IMG/VR virus record: IMGVR_UViG_3300020062_000003
Span: 1-35,829 of that record
Source: a virus
Strand: one strand, 5' to 3'
DNA length: 35,829 nucleotides
The notes under the pieces were generated by a model that was not told where the DNA came from, did no database searches, and saw only the letters and a list, made by a program, of their open reading frames with translations. The position numbers and the translations under genes were made by a program. Below, piece by piece: positions 23,067 to 32,530 of the stretch (within the stretch, counting starts at the first letter, position 1; each line of letters opens with the position of its first letter).

Positions 23067-24190
23067 ACTTGTTGTTCAATATCTATTGGAACTTCTCCAT
23101 GATTTTCTCTAATGATAGATCGTGCAGCCTTAGCTTCAATCTCTGTTAACTCATTAAGTGATCGTATATTTTGTATAATTTTTTTCTTACCTTTGTCTGT
23201 TTGCATTAAATTAGGTACGGTTTGAAGAAAAAGTTCAACCTCTTTCTGAGTGATTCTACTGCCAAAATACTGTTTAGCATTTTTAACAAACTCATTAGAA
23301 AGCTTTTCAAATTCTTCAATATCAGCAGCATTTCCTGAATACCATTTTACGCCGCCTTTCAAGATTTCTGCCAAAGGAGCGGTAAGTCCACTAATAAAAG
23401 GAGCATGCTCAAGTTTTGATAATGCTGACCAAATAGCAGCATTAGGTAGATTACCTTTATCTATCAGGTTTTCCATTTTCTTGAGTCTCAAATCACCTTC
23501 TTTAGAAGCTTTTTCTTTATCTTTTAAAGTCTCGACATACTTCTTAGTTTCTTTAATATTAAATTGCTTCTTTTTCTCAGCAGCAACTTGTTCAGCGCGA
23601 GCTTCTTTTAACGCAAGAGTTTTTTCTGCAAATTCTAACTTTTTTCTTTCTCTTCTCTCTTGCGGAGTTGCAAGCAAATTCTCAATCAATTTAGTTCTTT
23701 CAGGAGTCAATTGATGTTGTGCCTGTCCTTGAGTTTGTTGTTGCATTTGAGGTTGTTGTTGGCCTTGTTGTGGTTGTGATCCTTGCAATCCTGATAAAAG
23801 ACTATCTTGCTGATCAGGTTGACCAAGTGCTTTTCTAATAAAATAATCACGGTCAAATTGTTGAGGTTGTTGCTGCTGACCCTGTAACTGTTGCATACCA
23901 CCATCAAGATTACTAGCTTGTTCTCGTGAGCTAGGCGGTTCATTTAACTGAATTAATGAACCAATGTTCTGCATAGCATTTTTACGTTCTTCAGGATTGA
24001 GACTACTCAAAAAATTAGCTGATTGTTGTCCTAATATGGGTTCCCATGTTTTAGCAAATTGAGAACGTTCAAGTTGTTGATCATATTTCTTTGTTAGATG
24101 TGCTAATTTTAATTCAGCTAACTGATTCAAACCAGAACCTAAAGATGAAGCTAGGCTGCTTGCTCTACTTGGGTCATTTATTATTTGCAT
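23009..24190 (-). CDS. Q-rich coiled-coil virion protein (393 aa), candidate internal or ejection protein
   Basis: Poly-Q/G tract (QGQQQQPQQ...QPQQGQQQPQMQQQTQGQAQHQ) plus K/E-rich helices. Position between tail and fibre genes. AGGAG RBS. No enzymatic motif seen. Confidence 0.45.
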   Translation of the reverse strand: MQIINDPSRASSLASSLGSGLNQLAELKLAHLTKKYDQQLERSQFAKTWEPILGQQSANFLSSLNPEERKNAMQNIGSLIQLNEPPSSREQASNLDGGMQQLQGQQQQPQQFDRDYFIRKALGQPDQQDSLLSGLQGSQPQQGQQQPQMQQQTQGQAQHQLTPERTKLIENLLATPQERRERKKLEFAEKTLALKEARAEQVAAEKKKQFNIKETKKYVETLKDKEKASKEGDLRLKKMENLIDKGNLPNAAIWSALSKLEHAPFISGLTAPLAEILKGGVKWYSGNAADIEEFEKLSNEFVKNAKQYFGSRITQKEVELFLQTVPNLMQTDKGKKKIIQNIRSLNELTEIEAKAARSIIRENHGEVPIDIEQQVQDKIGSKLDKVAIKFIAR

Positions 24191-24205
24191 GATATCTCCT
24201 AATCC

Positions 24206-24904
24206 TTATCCATTAGGTTGTAAACTTTTTAATAATTTAGCTTTCTGGCGAACATCCCAAATATTTCCTATATTTCCCAAAGCAGCGTTGCCTACATTCT
24301 CAAATGCCCCAGATTGACGTGGCTTATAGATGTTTTCTGATCGAGGTTGCAATAATGATAATAATGTTTGAATCATTTGCTGCTTATTCTGTTGACCATA
24401 TTGAGCTCTTTGTGCATTTAGATCAGATTGCAATCCCGCCCCTGCTTGTCCTATTTGAGAAGCAAAAACACCTGAGCTAAGAGCATTATTACCCATTGAT
24501 GTAAAGCGTTCAGCAAGACCAGGCACTGTTTGTTGATTGAATTCAGTTTGAGCTTGTTGTGCAATTTGATCAAATCCTTCATAAGGATTTTCCAAGCCTT
24601 GGTGTGATAATTGCATAAGATATTGAATTATACTTTGTTGATCGGGCGTCATAGTTGAGTATTGTTCAACGCCACCTGGTTGTCCAAATAAGAAATTCTT
24701 TCCTCCCCCAAAAAAATTACCTCCTCCTTCTTTTACACCTTCCCACCAATTACGTGCTCGGGGAAATTTAGGATTAGGATTATTTCCGGTTCGAAGTTGT
24801 TGAGTAGGATTCATGGTAGATAAAGCATTCATTCCGGTAGATCCATTCAATTGAGGTTGACCCTGCAACTGTTGTTGCGTAACATTTTTCCAATCATATG
24901 GCAT
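24206..24904 (-). CDS. Q/N/G-rich low-complexity virion protein (232 aa), candidate internal protein
   Basis: ORF track 24206-24958. Start moved to MPYDWKN (ATG 24904), which follows AAAGGAG. Confidence 0.45.
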   Translation of the reverse strand: MPYDWKNVTQQQLQGQPQLNGSTGMNALSTMNPTQQLRTGNNPNPKFPRARNWWEGVKEGGGNFFGGGKNFLFGQPGGVEQYSTMTPDQQSIIQYLMQLSHQGLENPYEGFDQIAQQAQTEFNQQTVPGLAERFTSMGNNALSSGVFASQIGQAGAGLQSDLNAQRAQYGQQNKQQMIQTLLSLLQPRSENIYKPRQSGAFENVGNAALGNIGNIWDVRQKAKLLKSLQPNG

Positions 24905-24938
24905 ACTATCTCCTTTAATTTTTGTTATTATCCTAATA

Positions 24939-25466
24939 CTAGTATTTGCAGTACTCAAGAGTTACTTGTGAGTCAGTAAAAGTAACACCTGAATTATTAT
25001 TTATAAGTACCTGAGTTGCAGTAACACTCACTTCTATATTATTACCTGCTACACCCGCAAATGGTAATGGATAACCAACTATAGTATTAGTATCAGTTGC
25101 TGCACCTGAAATAAACATCCACTGAAATGTATTAGTTACTACAATATCATGATTAACTGTAGTAACTCCAGCAGCCAGGGGTCCAGTGTTTATTGTTTTA
25201 AGAAATCCAGGACGTAATAAAAGTGGATCATTTGAAGTAGGATTGAAAAACAATTTACCACTTACAAATTCTTCATTAATATAATAGCCGGTAGCTTTTG
25301 TATTCAGTACTAATGCTATATTATTAATATTCTGATAAAGACGTACTAAGAGCTCTTTAAATTCTGGGCTCGTAACTTCTACTTCATATAATTGGGATAC
25401 ATCCCAAACACTAGTAATCGGAACATATGATCCAGTATTTATCTGTTGTTCGGTATTATATGCCAT
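24939..25466 (-). CDS. Virion structural protein (175 aa)
   Basis: ORF track. Beta-rich. TAATG coupling to the upstream gene. No family recognised. Confidence 0.45.
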   Translation of the reverse strand: MAYNTEQQINTGSYVPITSVWDVSQLYEVEVTSPEFKELLVRLYQNINNIALVLNTKATGYYINEEFVSGKLFFNPTSNDPLLLRPGFLKTINTGPLAAGVTTVNHDIVVTNTFQWMFISGAATDTNTIVGYPLPFAGVAGNNIEVSVTATQVLINNNSGVTFTDSQVTLEYCKY

Positions 25467-25648
25467 TACAATCTCTCAATATGAATAATATCTTTTAATG
25501 TTTTTTTGATTTCATAATTAATATATGATTCTAGTAATTGAATATCATCTTCTACTTCAGGAAAATTATCCAATAAACTTGGAATATTATCATAAAATTT
25601 CATCAAAACATTAATTGAATCCATAACTTCTTGTGTCGTTTTATTCAT
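25466..25648 (-). CDS. Hypothetical acidic protein (60 aa)
   Basis: ORF track, AAGGA RBS. Confidence 0.4.
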   Translation of the reverse strand: MNKTTQEVMDSINVLMKFYDNIPSLLDNFPEVEDDIQLLESYINYEIKKTLKDIIHIERL

Positions 25649-25656
25649 CTATGTCC

Positions 25657-27915
25657 TTATTGGAATCGATAGCTTGTCGGTTGAGCGCTGATACACATGG
25701 CATGAAGAACAAAATCACATTTCCTAATAGCTGTATCTTTCATTTGAGCATCATTCATAACTAACTGAATTTGAATAACCTCTCCATCTGCATCAAAGTA
25801 CACAGGATGCCATAAGCGAGTTGCGTTCTGTTCAAAAGTTATAGGAGCTTCTGCAGTTGTATAAGGGAAAGTATCTAGTGTTCCTGTACCCAATAACTCA
25901 CCATCACCAAAGCTATCATCTAATAATGGTACACTATTAGTTGATACAAAAAACTCAGCTTGAATCTCACCTGCAGAAGTTTTATCAACCATAAAGTCTA
26001 TCTTAGATATATATGCGTTTCTGCCTTGTTTCGCATAGAAGTTATATTCTTTAGTCTTGATAGATATATTACTTACACGAGAAATCAAACCACCACCGCT
26101 ATATGTTCCCGTAAATTGATCTTCAGGTTCAACGAGTATCTCAAATGTATTAGCATCTATTATCAAAATTACTTGAAATATCTTATTATTCAAACTATCT
26201 GAGTCATCTGACCACGTAGCGCCTTGTATATAAATATAGGTATCATTATTAGCACCATCCTGTAAGCTAATATTATGTTGAATAACTGTTAAAGTAGTTG
26301 TTACACCAACCAATGTAATATCAGTAATCTGTAAAACAGCTGCATTAGTTTTCTCATCAGCATCACAAATAAATGTATAACCTTGCTGATTTCCTCCAAT
26401 AACTTGGCGAAATTTAGCCTGAATAGCACCACTATCCCATGTTACTGAATCATCCCATCTAATAGTATCAGAATCCCATGTTATTCCACTAACCGGTTGG
26501 AAGTATCCAAAACAAGTAATAGAATCATCATTAAACGCCCAAGTTCCTGTTTTATAATTAAAAATTAATACCCTAGAAGGGTAGGGAAAAGTAGTATTAG
26601 CCTCAATACTAGGAAAAGTCCAATAAACCATTTCAACATAATAATCTCTGATTCCATAAACTCTAAACACTCCTTGGTCGTTGTTATGAATCTCAAAAAC
26701 AGTATCTGGTATCTTTTCATCAATACGCTCTACATTAGCACCATTACATGCATGTATCCCAACATTTCCTACACCAAGACATATCTTATCGAAAGGAACA
26801 ATAGAGAATGTTGATTCTGCACCAAGCTCAGTGTTAATCTTTTGCCAAGTAAATGGATATGCTTGATTGCCTGTATATACCAATTCCCATGTTGATCGTT
26901 CAAAGAATACTATAAGACGATCTTTAACAAACTCTACGGTAATAATTGCCTCAGTTGTTGATGCATCAATAAAATTACCTTTACCAGGAATATCAAAACG
27001 CCATGCATCAGACTGTAATGGAGAACCAATCTGTGAGTATCGACATCTATTACTATAGTTTGTTCCTGGCAACGGCGCAGCAGGGCCTTCCCATGTATTA
27101 AATGCTAGTAATCTATTCTTAAAAGGAACAATAATACGCGCAGAATTAAGATAATTAGGGGTAGCATCTATTTGTGGTCTGAAATTATTCCATTGTATTC
27201 CGTTATAGTAACGCATGAAATTGGGTTCAAGCTCGTTGAAATTTGTTACGAAGAAAATTTTATCGGCAGCATTGGTACCTGTCCATGTAGTTGCCCAAAA
27301 GAACTGTGAATTATCACCGGTCCATACTGCGGCACCTGCGGTAGCTTCTGCTGAAATCCTATCCCATCCCAAGTTGTATTGATAGGCATACCTTGTATCA
27401 AAAGCTATCACAAACTCATCATTGATAGAACTTTGTTCATAGGTCAATAAACCCATAACAGGTAAATCTGGATAAAAAAATACATCCGTTCCATCAGGCA
27501 AAGCAACGCCTGTAATATTAAAATCTGAATTAGTAAGGTTATATGTTGCTGGTGATACTGAATTATCACTACGCAACATTTGCTGATCGCCTGCTGCAGG
27601 ATTATATACCGTGAATATAATAGTACCAACACTGAATGATTGTCCAATTCCTGTTGGCATACCAGTATCAACAAGAATCGTTCTCACATTCCCTGATAAT
27701 GTTCCGGCTGTTATAGTTCCTATATTAATTCTTAATCTGGAAACTAATGAATTATTACCAATCCATCGTGAGCCAAAACGTTTTCTTACACGTCCCCTAA
27801 AGACATAAGCATTATTAAGCTGAGAAAATGCTTGATCGGGAATAAGCCACGGTTTGACGTTATTCTGTTGACCTGAATTCTCATCATAAGGTGCGATAAA
27901 GAATTTGTCTGGCAT
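25657..27915 (-). CDS. Large tail structural protein (752 aa), nozzle / tail-tubular-B-like by size and position
   Basis: Largest non-fibre structural ORF, directly after a 199-aa protein. This matches the roughly 200-aa plus 750-800-aa pairing of podovirus tubular proteins A and B. There is no sequence-level proof. Confidence 0.45.
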   Translation of the reverse strand: MPDKFFIAPYDENSGQQNNVKPWLIPDQAFSQLNNAYVFRGRVRKRFGSRWIGNNSLVSRLRINIGTITAGTLSGNVRTILVDTGMPTGIGQSFSVGTIIFTVYNPAAGDQQMLRSDNSVSPATYNLTNSDFNITGVALPDGTDVFFYPDLPVMGLLTYEQSSINDEFVIAFDTRYAYQYNLGWDRISAEATAGAAVWTGDNSQFFWATTWTGTNAADKIFFVTNFNELEPNFMRYYNGIQWNNFRPQIDATPNYLNSARIIVPFKNRLLAFNTWEGPAAPLPGTNYSNRCRYSQIGSPLQSDAWRFDIPGKGNFIDASTTEAIITVEFVKDRLIVFFERSTWELVYTGNQAYPFTWQKINTELGAESTFSIVPFDKICLGVGNVGIHACNGANVERIDEKIPDTVFEIHNNDQGVFRVYGIRDYYVEMVYWTFPSIEANTTFPYPSRVLIFNYKTGTWAFNDDSITCFGYFQPVSGITWDSDTIRWDDSVTWDSGAIQAKFRQVIGGNQQGYTFICDADEKTNAAVLQITDITLVGVTTTLTVIQHNISLQDGANNDTYIYIQGATWSDDSDSLNNKIFQVILIIDANTFEILVEPEDQFTGTYSGGGLISRVSNISIKTKEYNFYAKQGRNAYISKIDFMVDKTSAGEIQAEFFVSTNSVPLLDDSFGDGELLGTGTLDTFPYTTAEAPITFEQNATRLWHPVYFDADGEVIQIQLVMNDAQMKDTAIRKCDFVLHAMCISAQPTSYRFQ

Positions 27916-27916
27916 G

Positions 27917-28516
27917 TTAAATCCCTATCGCTAAATAAGCAATTGTATATCCTGCCGGAGCATCAACTAAACCATTATGCTGAAAAGTTACTGTAGTACC
28001 TACGATACTCTTTATACTAACAACCGTGTTATATTTGGTATTACTTGTAGATGAATTAAATACTGAAAATAACGTAGTAAAGTTAGGTGAACCAGGAACA
28101 TCAGTATTAAGATTGATAGCGACCGTATTCATACTTGCGAAATTAATACCAGCATGCCATTTCAATAATATACCAGAAGGTAATCGCGTCCAACCTGGAT
28201 TAGCCCATCCTGCTGAAGTAAACTCTACTATTCGTGCAGCTACGGGAGCTGTTGATCCTAGTTGGTGAGTGAATACCAATTCTGGTTGCCCAGTTATAGC
28301 AGATGTTTGAGAATAAAGTTGAACAATACCTGCTTGTGGAGCCGGTACAGGATTTTGTATTGGGAAAGATATTTTATTATGTTGACCTTGTCCAGGTAAG
28401 TTATAGTCAATATGATCAATTGCAAAAGCCGTATCAATGGTAGAAAAATTACCATTAATATCAGGTCTACTAGCAGCTAATGTCTGACCAGCGAGTGGAA
28501 CAGGAATCAAAGCCAT
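27917..28516 (-). CDS. Tail structural protein (199 aa)
   Basis: N-terminal LAASRPDINGNFSTIDTAFAIDHID...GQGQHNKISF resembles N-termini of small phage tail or fibre-adaptor proteins. AAGGAG RBS. Confidence 0.4.
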   Translation of the reverse strand: MALIPVPLAGQTLAASRPDINGNFSTIDTAFAIDHIDYNLPGQGQHNKISFPIQNPVPAPQAGIVQLYSQTSAITGQPELVFTHQLGSTAPVAARIVEFTSAGWANPGWTRLPSGILLKWHAGINFASMNTVAINLNTDVPGSPNFTTLFSVFNSSTSNTKYNTVVSIKSIVGTTVTFQHNGLVDAPAGYTIAYLAIGI

Positions 28517-28525
28517 GATATCTCC

Positions 28526-29566
28526 TTAATAAGGCCAACCGCCGCCAAACCAGCCGCCTATATTGTAATTTTTACCTTGTGTATAGATAGTTACTGTACG
28601 TTCATTTGCCTGTTGTGTTAATGTCGTCCTAAGAACTAATCGTTCTTGCTGTTTAAACTCAGGCATAATAAGATCTACAGAATCATTATCCATACGATCT
28701 TCAAATATTTTCTTTGCAGCGCCATATGCTATATACTGCCACCATTGTTCTAAAAAAGGCACATCTGTTGAGCTTATTAATTCAGTAGGTCTCACATCAA
28801 CTTCTAATTGAATTCCATATGTCTTATCAGGAACCGGTCTGATGGTAAATTTACTATCATAATATAGCATTCCAAGCGGCTTACCTGGTTGATAAAGAAT
28901 TCCTTCAAACCAAATAGTAGCCAGCGTTTGGGTAATAGCTGGGAAAGTTATTACGAACTCACCAGTTATATAATTTATATAGTTATTAGGATCTTGTGTT
29001 GTATCAAATGGTACTACTAATGGAACATCTGCCTGAGTAAGATTTCCTATCGTGTTACTAATGGGAACATCTACCATTATCATTGATTTACCATTAGTGT
29101 CTAAGCAATTAAAATTGACACTTTTTTGCAAAATAAAAGGTAAGTTTGTTGAAGGAGCAGTTATACGTCCTGTAAATGGTCCTGATGAATTATCACCTCG
29201 TAAAAGTGTATCCATTATGGTATTAGTTTGTGGCCACATACCATAGAACACATCACGCCATTGCGTATAAAAACTTTGAATTCCTGCCATAAATACCGGT
29301 GGATGTATTGCCACATATCTATTTTTAAAGTTAAACAAAGGATCTGTTGTAACAGTTGTATTAGTATCGTAAACATCTACACCTGGCTGCGTATAAAAAG
29401 TAAGCAAAGTTCTCAAAGAAAACAATCGTAAATGCTCAGGAAAATCATACAAAATAAACGTATTGATATACTCATCTAATTGTGCATTAGTTAGCTGAGA
29501 TGTGGATGGACTTCGCGTTAATCGACGTGCTTTTGTACGAATAGCTTGCAAGGTAGAATTTGCCAT
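28526..29566 (-). CDS. Virion structural protein (346 aa), candidate head-to-tail adaptor
   Basis: Position between the head and tail modules. GAGGAG RBS. No confident family. Confidence 0.35.
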   Translation of the reverse strand: MANSTLQAIRTKARRLTRSPSTSQLTNAQLDEYINTFILYDFPEHLRLFSLRTLLTFYTQPGVDVYDTNTTVTTDPLFNFKNRYVAIHPPVFMAGIQSFYTQWRDVFYGMWPQTNTIMDTLLRGDNSSGPFTGRITAPSTNLPFILQKSVNFNCLDTNGKSMIMVDVPISNTIGNLTQADVPLVVPFDTTQDPNNYINYITGEFVITFPAITQTLATIWFEGILYQPGKPLGMLYYDSKFTIRPVPDKTYGIQLEVDVRPTELISSTDVPFLEQWWQYIAYGAAKKIFEDRMDNDSVDLIMPEFKQQERLVLRTTLTQQANERTVTIYTQGKNYNIGGWFGGGWPY

Positions 29567-29577
29567 TACTCAACTCC

Positions 29578-29976
29578 TCAGGGATAAGGTAAAATATTTT
29601 GCGTAGCCTCTATTAACATACTATTCAATTCCCCAATAGGTACAACTTGAGCTGGCGTTCCAAATGCACCTGGTTGGAATGCAGGAACAACAAAAGCATC
29701 AAAATTAGTAGTGTCAATTGGCACAGTAAACTGTGTGTCGTTAATTACTGTTATAGGACCTTCCAACTGATTTGCTCGTACCATTCCAAATCCATAAGGC
29801 ACATAAAGACGAACAATTAATCCTGTAGAATATTGATGAACACCAGGATTAACGCCATCAAATGTAGTCGTTACCAGAGCATTTTCATCTTGTGTAATGG
29901 AAAGAATATTTCGCATTGCACGTTGAAATGTTGGAAACTGCACCGCATAGTAATTAGGTGTATTTGGTATAGGCAT
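29578..29976 (-). CDS. Small beta-barrel protein (132 aa) with one E1-FCCH-like domain
   Basis: ILSITQDENALVTTT...GLIVRLYVPYGFGMVRANQLEGPITVINDTQFTVPIDTTNFDAFV, plus the tail GTPAQVVPIGE shared with the 337-aa protein. Confidence 0.5.
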   Translation of the reverse strand: MPIPNTPNYYAVQFPTFQRAMRNILSITQDENALVTTTFDGVNPGVHQYSTGLIVRLYVPYGFGMVRANQLEGPITVINDTQFTVPIDTTNFDAFVVPAFQPGAFGTPAQVVPIGELNSMLIEATQNILPYP

Positions 29977-29984
29977 TTATTACC

Positions 29985-30473
29985 CTAAGGAGAAACTGTT
30001 ACTTCTACTAAGTTACTTGGATACATATCGGAGTCATCATCCATATATTCTAATGAATGGAATGCATAACGATGTACCTTTTTAGCCATCTGAAGAGAAT
30101 TTGTTTGAAGTCTCCCATCTGCACTATGTCCACCACGAATACCTTGTTGTCCAAACTCACCTTGAAGATGTTGGTATTCTTTATAAAAACAATTATTATT
30201 TAAATGTCGAGCAACGCCTCTTGGCAATGTATAGCGCTCACCATCCCATAATTCATAAACTGTATTATCTTCACCAGGATAATATTTATAACTAAAAACT
30301 AAAGACCCTCTACCACCATTGGTTGCTGGATTCTCTAAATTCTTAAATATACCTGTTACCATTTCAGCATCACGATCACGCATCTTTTTAATTTGTTTTG
30401 CAAAATCCTCTCGAGTGATCTTCTTAGGATGATTTTGTATAGCAGTAGCTGATTTAATTTCTGGTTTGTTCAT
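29985..30473 (-). CDS. Hypothetical head-module protein (162 aa)
   Basis: ORF track 29985-30494. The start at MNKPEIK (ATG 30473) follows AAGGAA; the upstream ATG has no SD. Confidence 0.45.
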   Translation of the reverse strand: MNKPEIKSATAIQNHPKKITREDFAKQIKKMRDRDAEMVTGIFKNLENPATNGGRGSLVFSYKYYPGEDNTVYELWDGERYTLPRGVARHLNNNCFYKEYQHLQGEFGQQGIRGGHSADGRLQTNSLQMAKKVHRYAFHSLEYMDDDSDMYPSNLVEVTVSP

Positions 30474-30502
30474 GATTTTCCTTTTATTGCTCATTATTAT
30501 AG

Positions 30503-30530
30503 AGAAAGAGTACCCAAAGATACTCTTTCT
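30503..30530 (-). other. Perfect 10-bp stem-loop just after the capsid and decoration genes
   Basis: agaaagagta (30503-30512), loop cccaaaga, tactctttct (30521-30530). Confidence 0.5.
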
Positions 30531-30540
30531 AATAGATTAT

Positions 30541-31554
30541 CTATTGATTGTCTACCATAAATGACTTACCAGCAACCCAGTAAACTACGTCATTCAAAAC
30601 TCCAGCAGGAGAACTTGCTCCAGCAGTGAGAAGAATACCTATTTTTCCTGTATTATTAGTAGAGTCACCTAATATGTTAGCACCTGCTAGAAGTGCTTCT
30701 GCAGTATTCTCACCCATAGGAACAACTTGAGCTGGCGTAAATCCAGGTGCAGTTGTGAGAGGGAATGCAAATGCAGTAAACCCAGTAGTATCAATATCAA
30801 TGGTGATGGTATTAGTTACACCATCAACATCAGCTTCATCAATAGCAATGATTGTAGCTTGCATACCATCTAATTCAGTCATACCGAATGCTAAAGCAGT
30901 AACGGTAGGAACAATCAACCTTACAACTTGTCCGATAGTAAAGTCATGATCCACAGACAAGGTAACAATAGCTTCGGTAGCTTGTGAAATCTTGGTTATG
31001 AAACGAGTACTCGGATAGTATAAAGGGCTAAAAGGAATTCTACGGAATGTACCAGCGCCTGGATTAGCACTCGCTATTGCAGCCATATAAGCAAGTTCAA
31101 AACTTACTCCTGGGGTAAGATTTGCAATAGTAAAGTCTAAACCACGAAGCTGTAAAGCTCCAACAGTAGAGAAAATACGAACAACATCACCATCACTTAA
31201 TGATGAAGTATTTGCAGTATTAACTACTGGAGGATTTGCGCTAGTAATACCAGTTAATGCTAATGAAGGGCCTGGTAAATTAACAGAAGTGTCTATTAAA
31301 TAGAAGCCTGCATTAGCAGCAATTTGAGCTACAGCTAAAGCGCCTGTAACTGCCGTCTTAGTATAAATAGTACCACGACCCTGCGTCATTCCCCGTTGCC
31401 AGTAGAATTCAGCACCGGTACCAGCACCAGCAGCATATGACACTGTCTGATTTTTAACCCACATCCAATCTAAATCAGAACGTAGGAAAACTATGAGAGA
31501 TTCACCATCAGAGGTGAAACGACCTTGATTAGTTCCTGAAAAAACAACTGACAT
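30541..31554 (-). CDS. Capsid-associated protein (337 aa) with two E1-FCCH-like beta-barrel domains (candidate decoration or head-fibre protein)
   Basis: LTGITSANPPVVNTANTSSLSDGDVVRIFSTVGALQLRGLDFTIANLTPGVSFEL and ITKISQATEAIVTLSVDHDFTIGQVVRLIVP...GMTELDGMQATIIAIDE...IDIDTTGFTAFAF. Immediately downstream of the capsid gene. AAGGAG RBS. Confidence 0.55.
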   Translation of the reverse strand: MSVVFSGTNQGRFTSDGESLIVFLRSDLDWMWVKNQTVSYAAGAGTGAEFYWQRGMTQGRGTIYTKTAVTGALAVAQIAANAGFYLIDTSVNLPGPSLALTGITSANPPVVNTANTSSLSDGDVVRIFSTVGALQLRGLDFTIANLTPGVSFELAYMAAIASANPGAGTFRRIPFSPLYYPSTRFITKISQATEAIVTLSVDHDFTIGQVVRLIVPTVTALAFGMTELDGMQATIIAIDEADVDGVTNTITIDIDTTGFTAFAFPLTTAPGFTPAQVVPMGENTAEALLAGANILGDSTNNTGKIGILLTAGASSPAGVLNDVVYWVAGKSFMVDNQ

Positions 31555-31564
31555 AGCGTTCTCC

Positions 31565-32509
31565 TTATCTTAGCGTACAACGCATGTTGGTTATCCAGAG
31601 ATCATTCAGAATACGCGGAACTTCAGCAAATACATAACCAATGGTTACGTTCTGAAATAACGGATCTGAGAAAACTGGTGGTCTATACAAGAAACGAGCA
31701 GAATAATTATCTTGCTCTACGCAAGCTAATGCTTCCATACCTTGTACAAACACATTATAAACATCGTTACCTAATCCTGAAGCGTTTGGTGAGACAGACG
31801 CTACTGAAGAAAGCATGAAGCGGACGTTATTTACACTTCCCCACTCACTTCTTAATACACGATTGTCATTTGGATAGTTGCATTTAGAAATGAACCCGTT
31901 AATATTGTTCAAATCTTTTGATAATTTAGTGTGACCTAAAGCCAAATACGCATCACGTACTGGGCCTGTACCAAATTTATCTTCACCACCAATGGTATCT
32001 AAAATCATCCATGCATCATTTGTTAACAATGCAGAAGTGACTTCATCAATATCAGAAAGAGATAAATCAGTTGGAAGATCACCATTGTTACCACCAGTAC
32101 AGTTATACATTGAAGCAGTAGATGCTAACATATCACGTGTTAATTGGTCTTCAGTCATACGAAGAGACAAACCAAGTAGTTCTGCTGTTTCATTAAGAAC
32201 AGGATCTTGGTTTTGTAAGGTAACTTGTTGGTTAATAGCTACATATAATCCATAAAATGACATAGTAGCATCAATATCAACACGATTTAATGGAGTCGCT
32301 GGAGGAGTTGCGCCGCTCGGTCCCAATGGAACTGGAGCAGTTGGCAATCTATCATAGCGAGCCATACGTAACGTTCTTCCACCTTTAGCTGGCAAACGTT
32401 TGGATAATGCACCTAATTTCATAATCAGATTCGGTGTTCTAACCGATAAAAGCACATCATCAAACGTTTGTTGAACTGGAGCAGGAAGCGTTGTAGGTGT
32501 AGTTATCAT
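31565..32509 (-). CDS. Major capsid protein (314 aa), HK97 fold, N4-gp56-like family
   Basis: VQQTFDDVLL....LGALSKRLPAKGGRTLRMARYDRL...PLGPSGATPP...IDATMSFYGLYV...DPVLNETAELLG...EDQLTRDML follows the N-terminal pattern of that family. Start at MITTPTT (ATG 32509), which follows GGAG. Confidence 0.8.
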   Translation of the reverse strand: MITTPTTLPAPVQQTFDDVLLSVRTPNLIMKLGALSKRLPAKGGRTLRMARYDRLPTAPVPLGPSGATPPATPLNRVDIDATMSFYGLYVAINQQVTLQNQDPVLNETAELLGLSLRMTEDQLTRDMLASTASMYNCTGGNNGDLPTDLSLSDIDEVTSALLTNDAWMILDTIGGEDKFGTGPVRDAYLALGHTKLSKDLNNINGFISKCNYPNDNRVLRSEWGSVNNVRFMLSSVASVSPNASGLGNDVYNVFVQGMEALACVEQDNYSARFLYRPPVFSDPLFQNVTIGYVFAEVPRILNDLWITNMRCTLR

Positions 32510-32530
32510 ACACACACTCCTAAAATACAA

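Noticed and set aside
23250-23943. ORFs 23250-23714 (+) and 23707-23943 (-) within the Q-rich 393-aa gene
   Set aside because: They are an antisense frame and a shifted frame of a low-complexity CAA/CAG-rich region. The 393-aa frame has the RBS and spans the whole interval.
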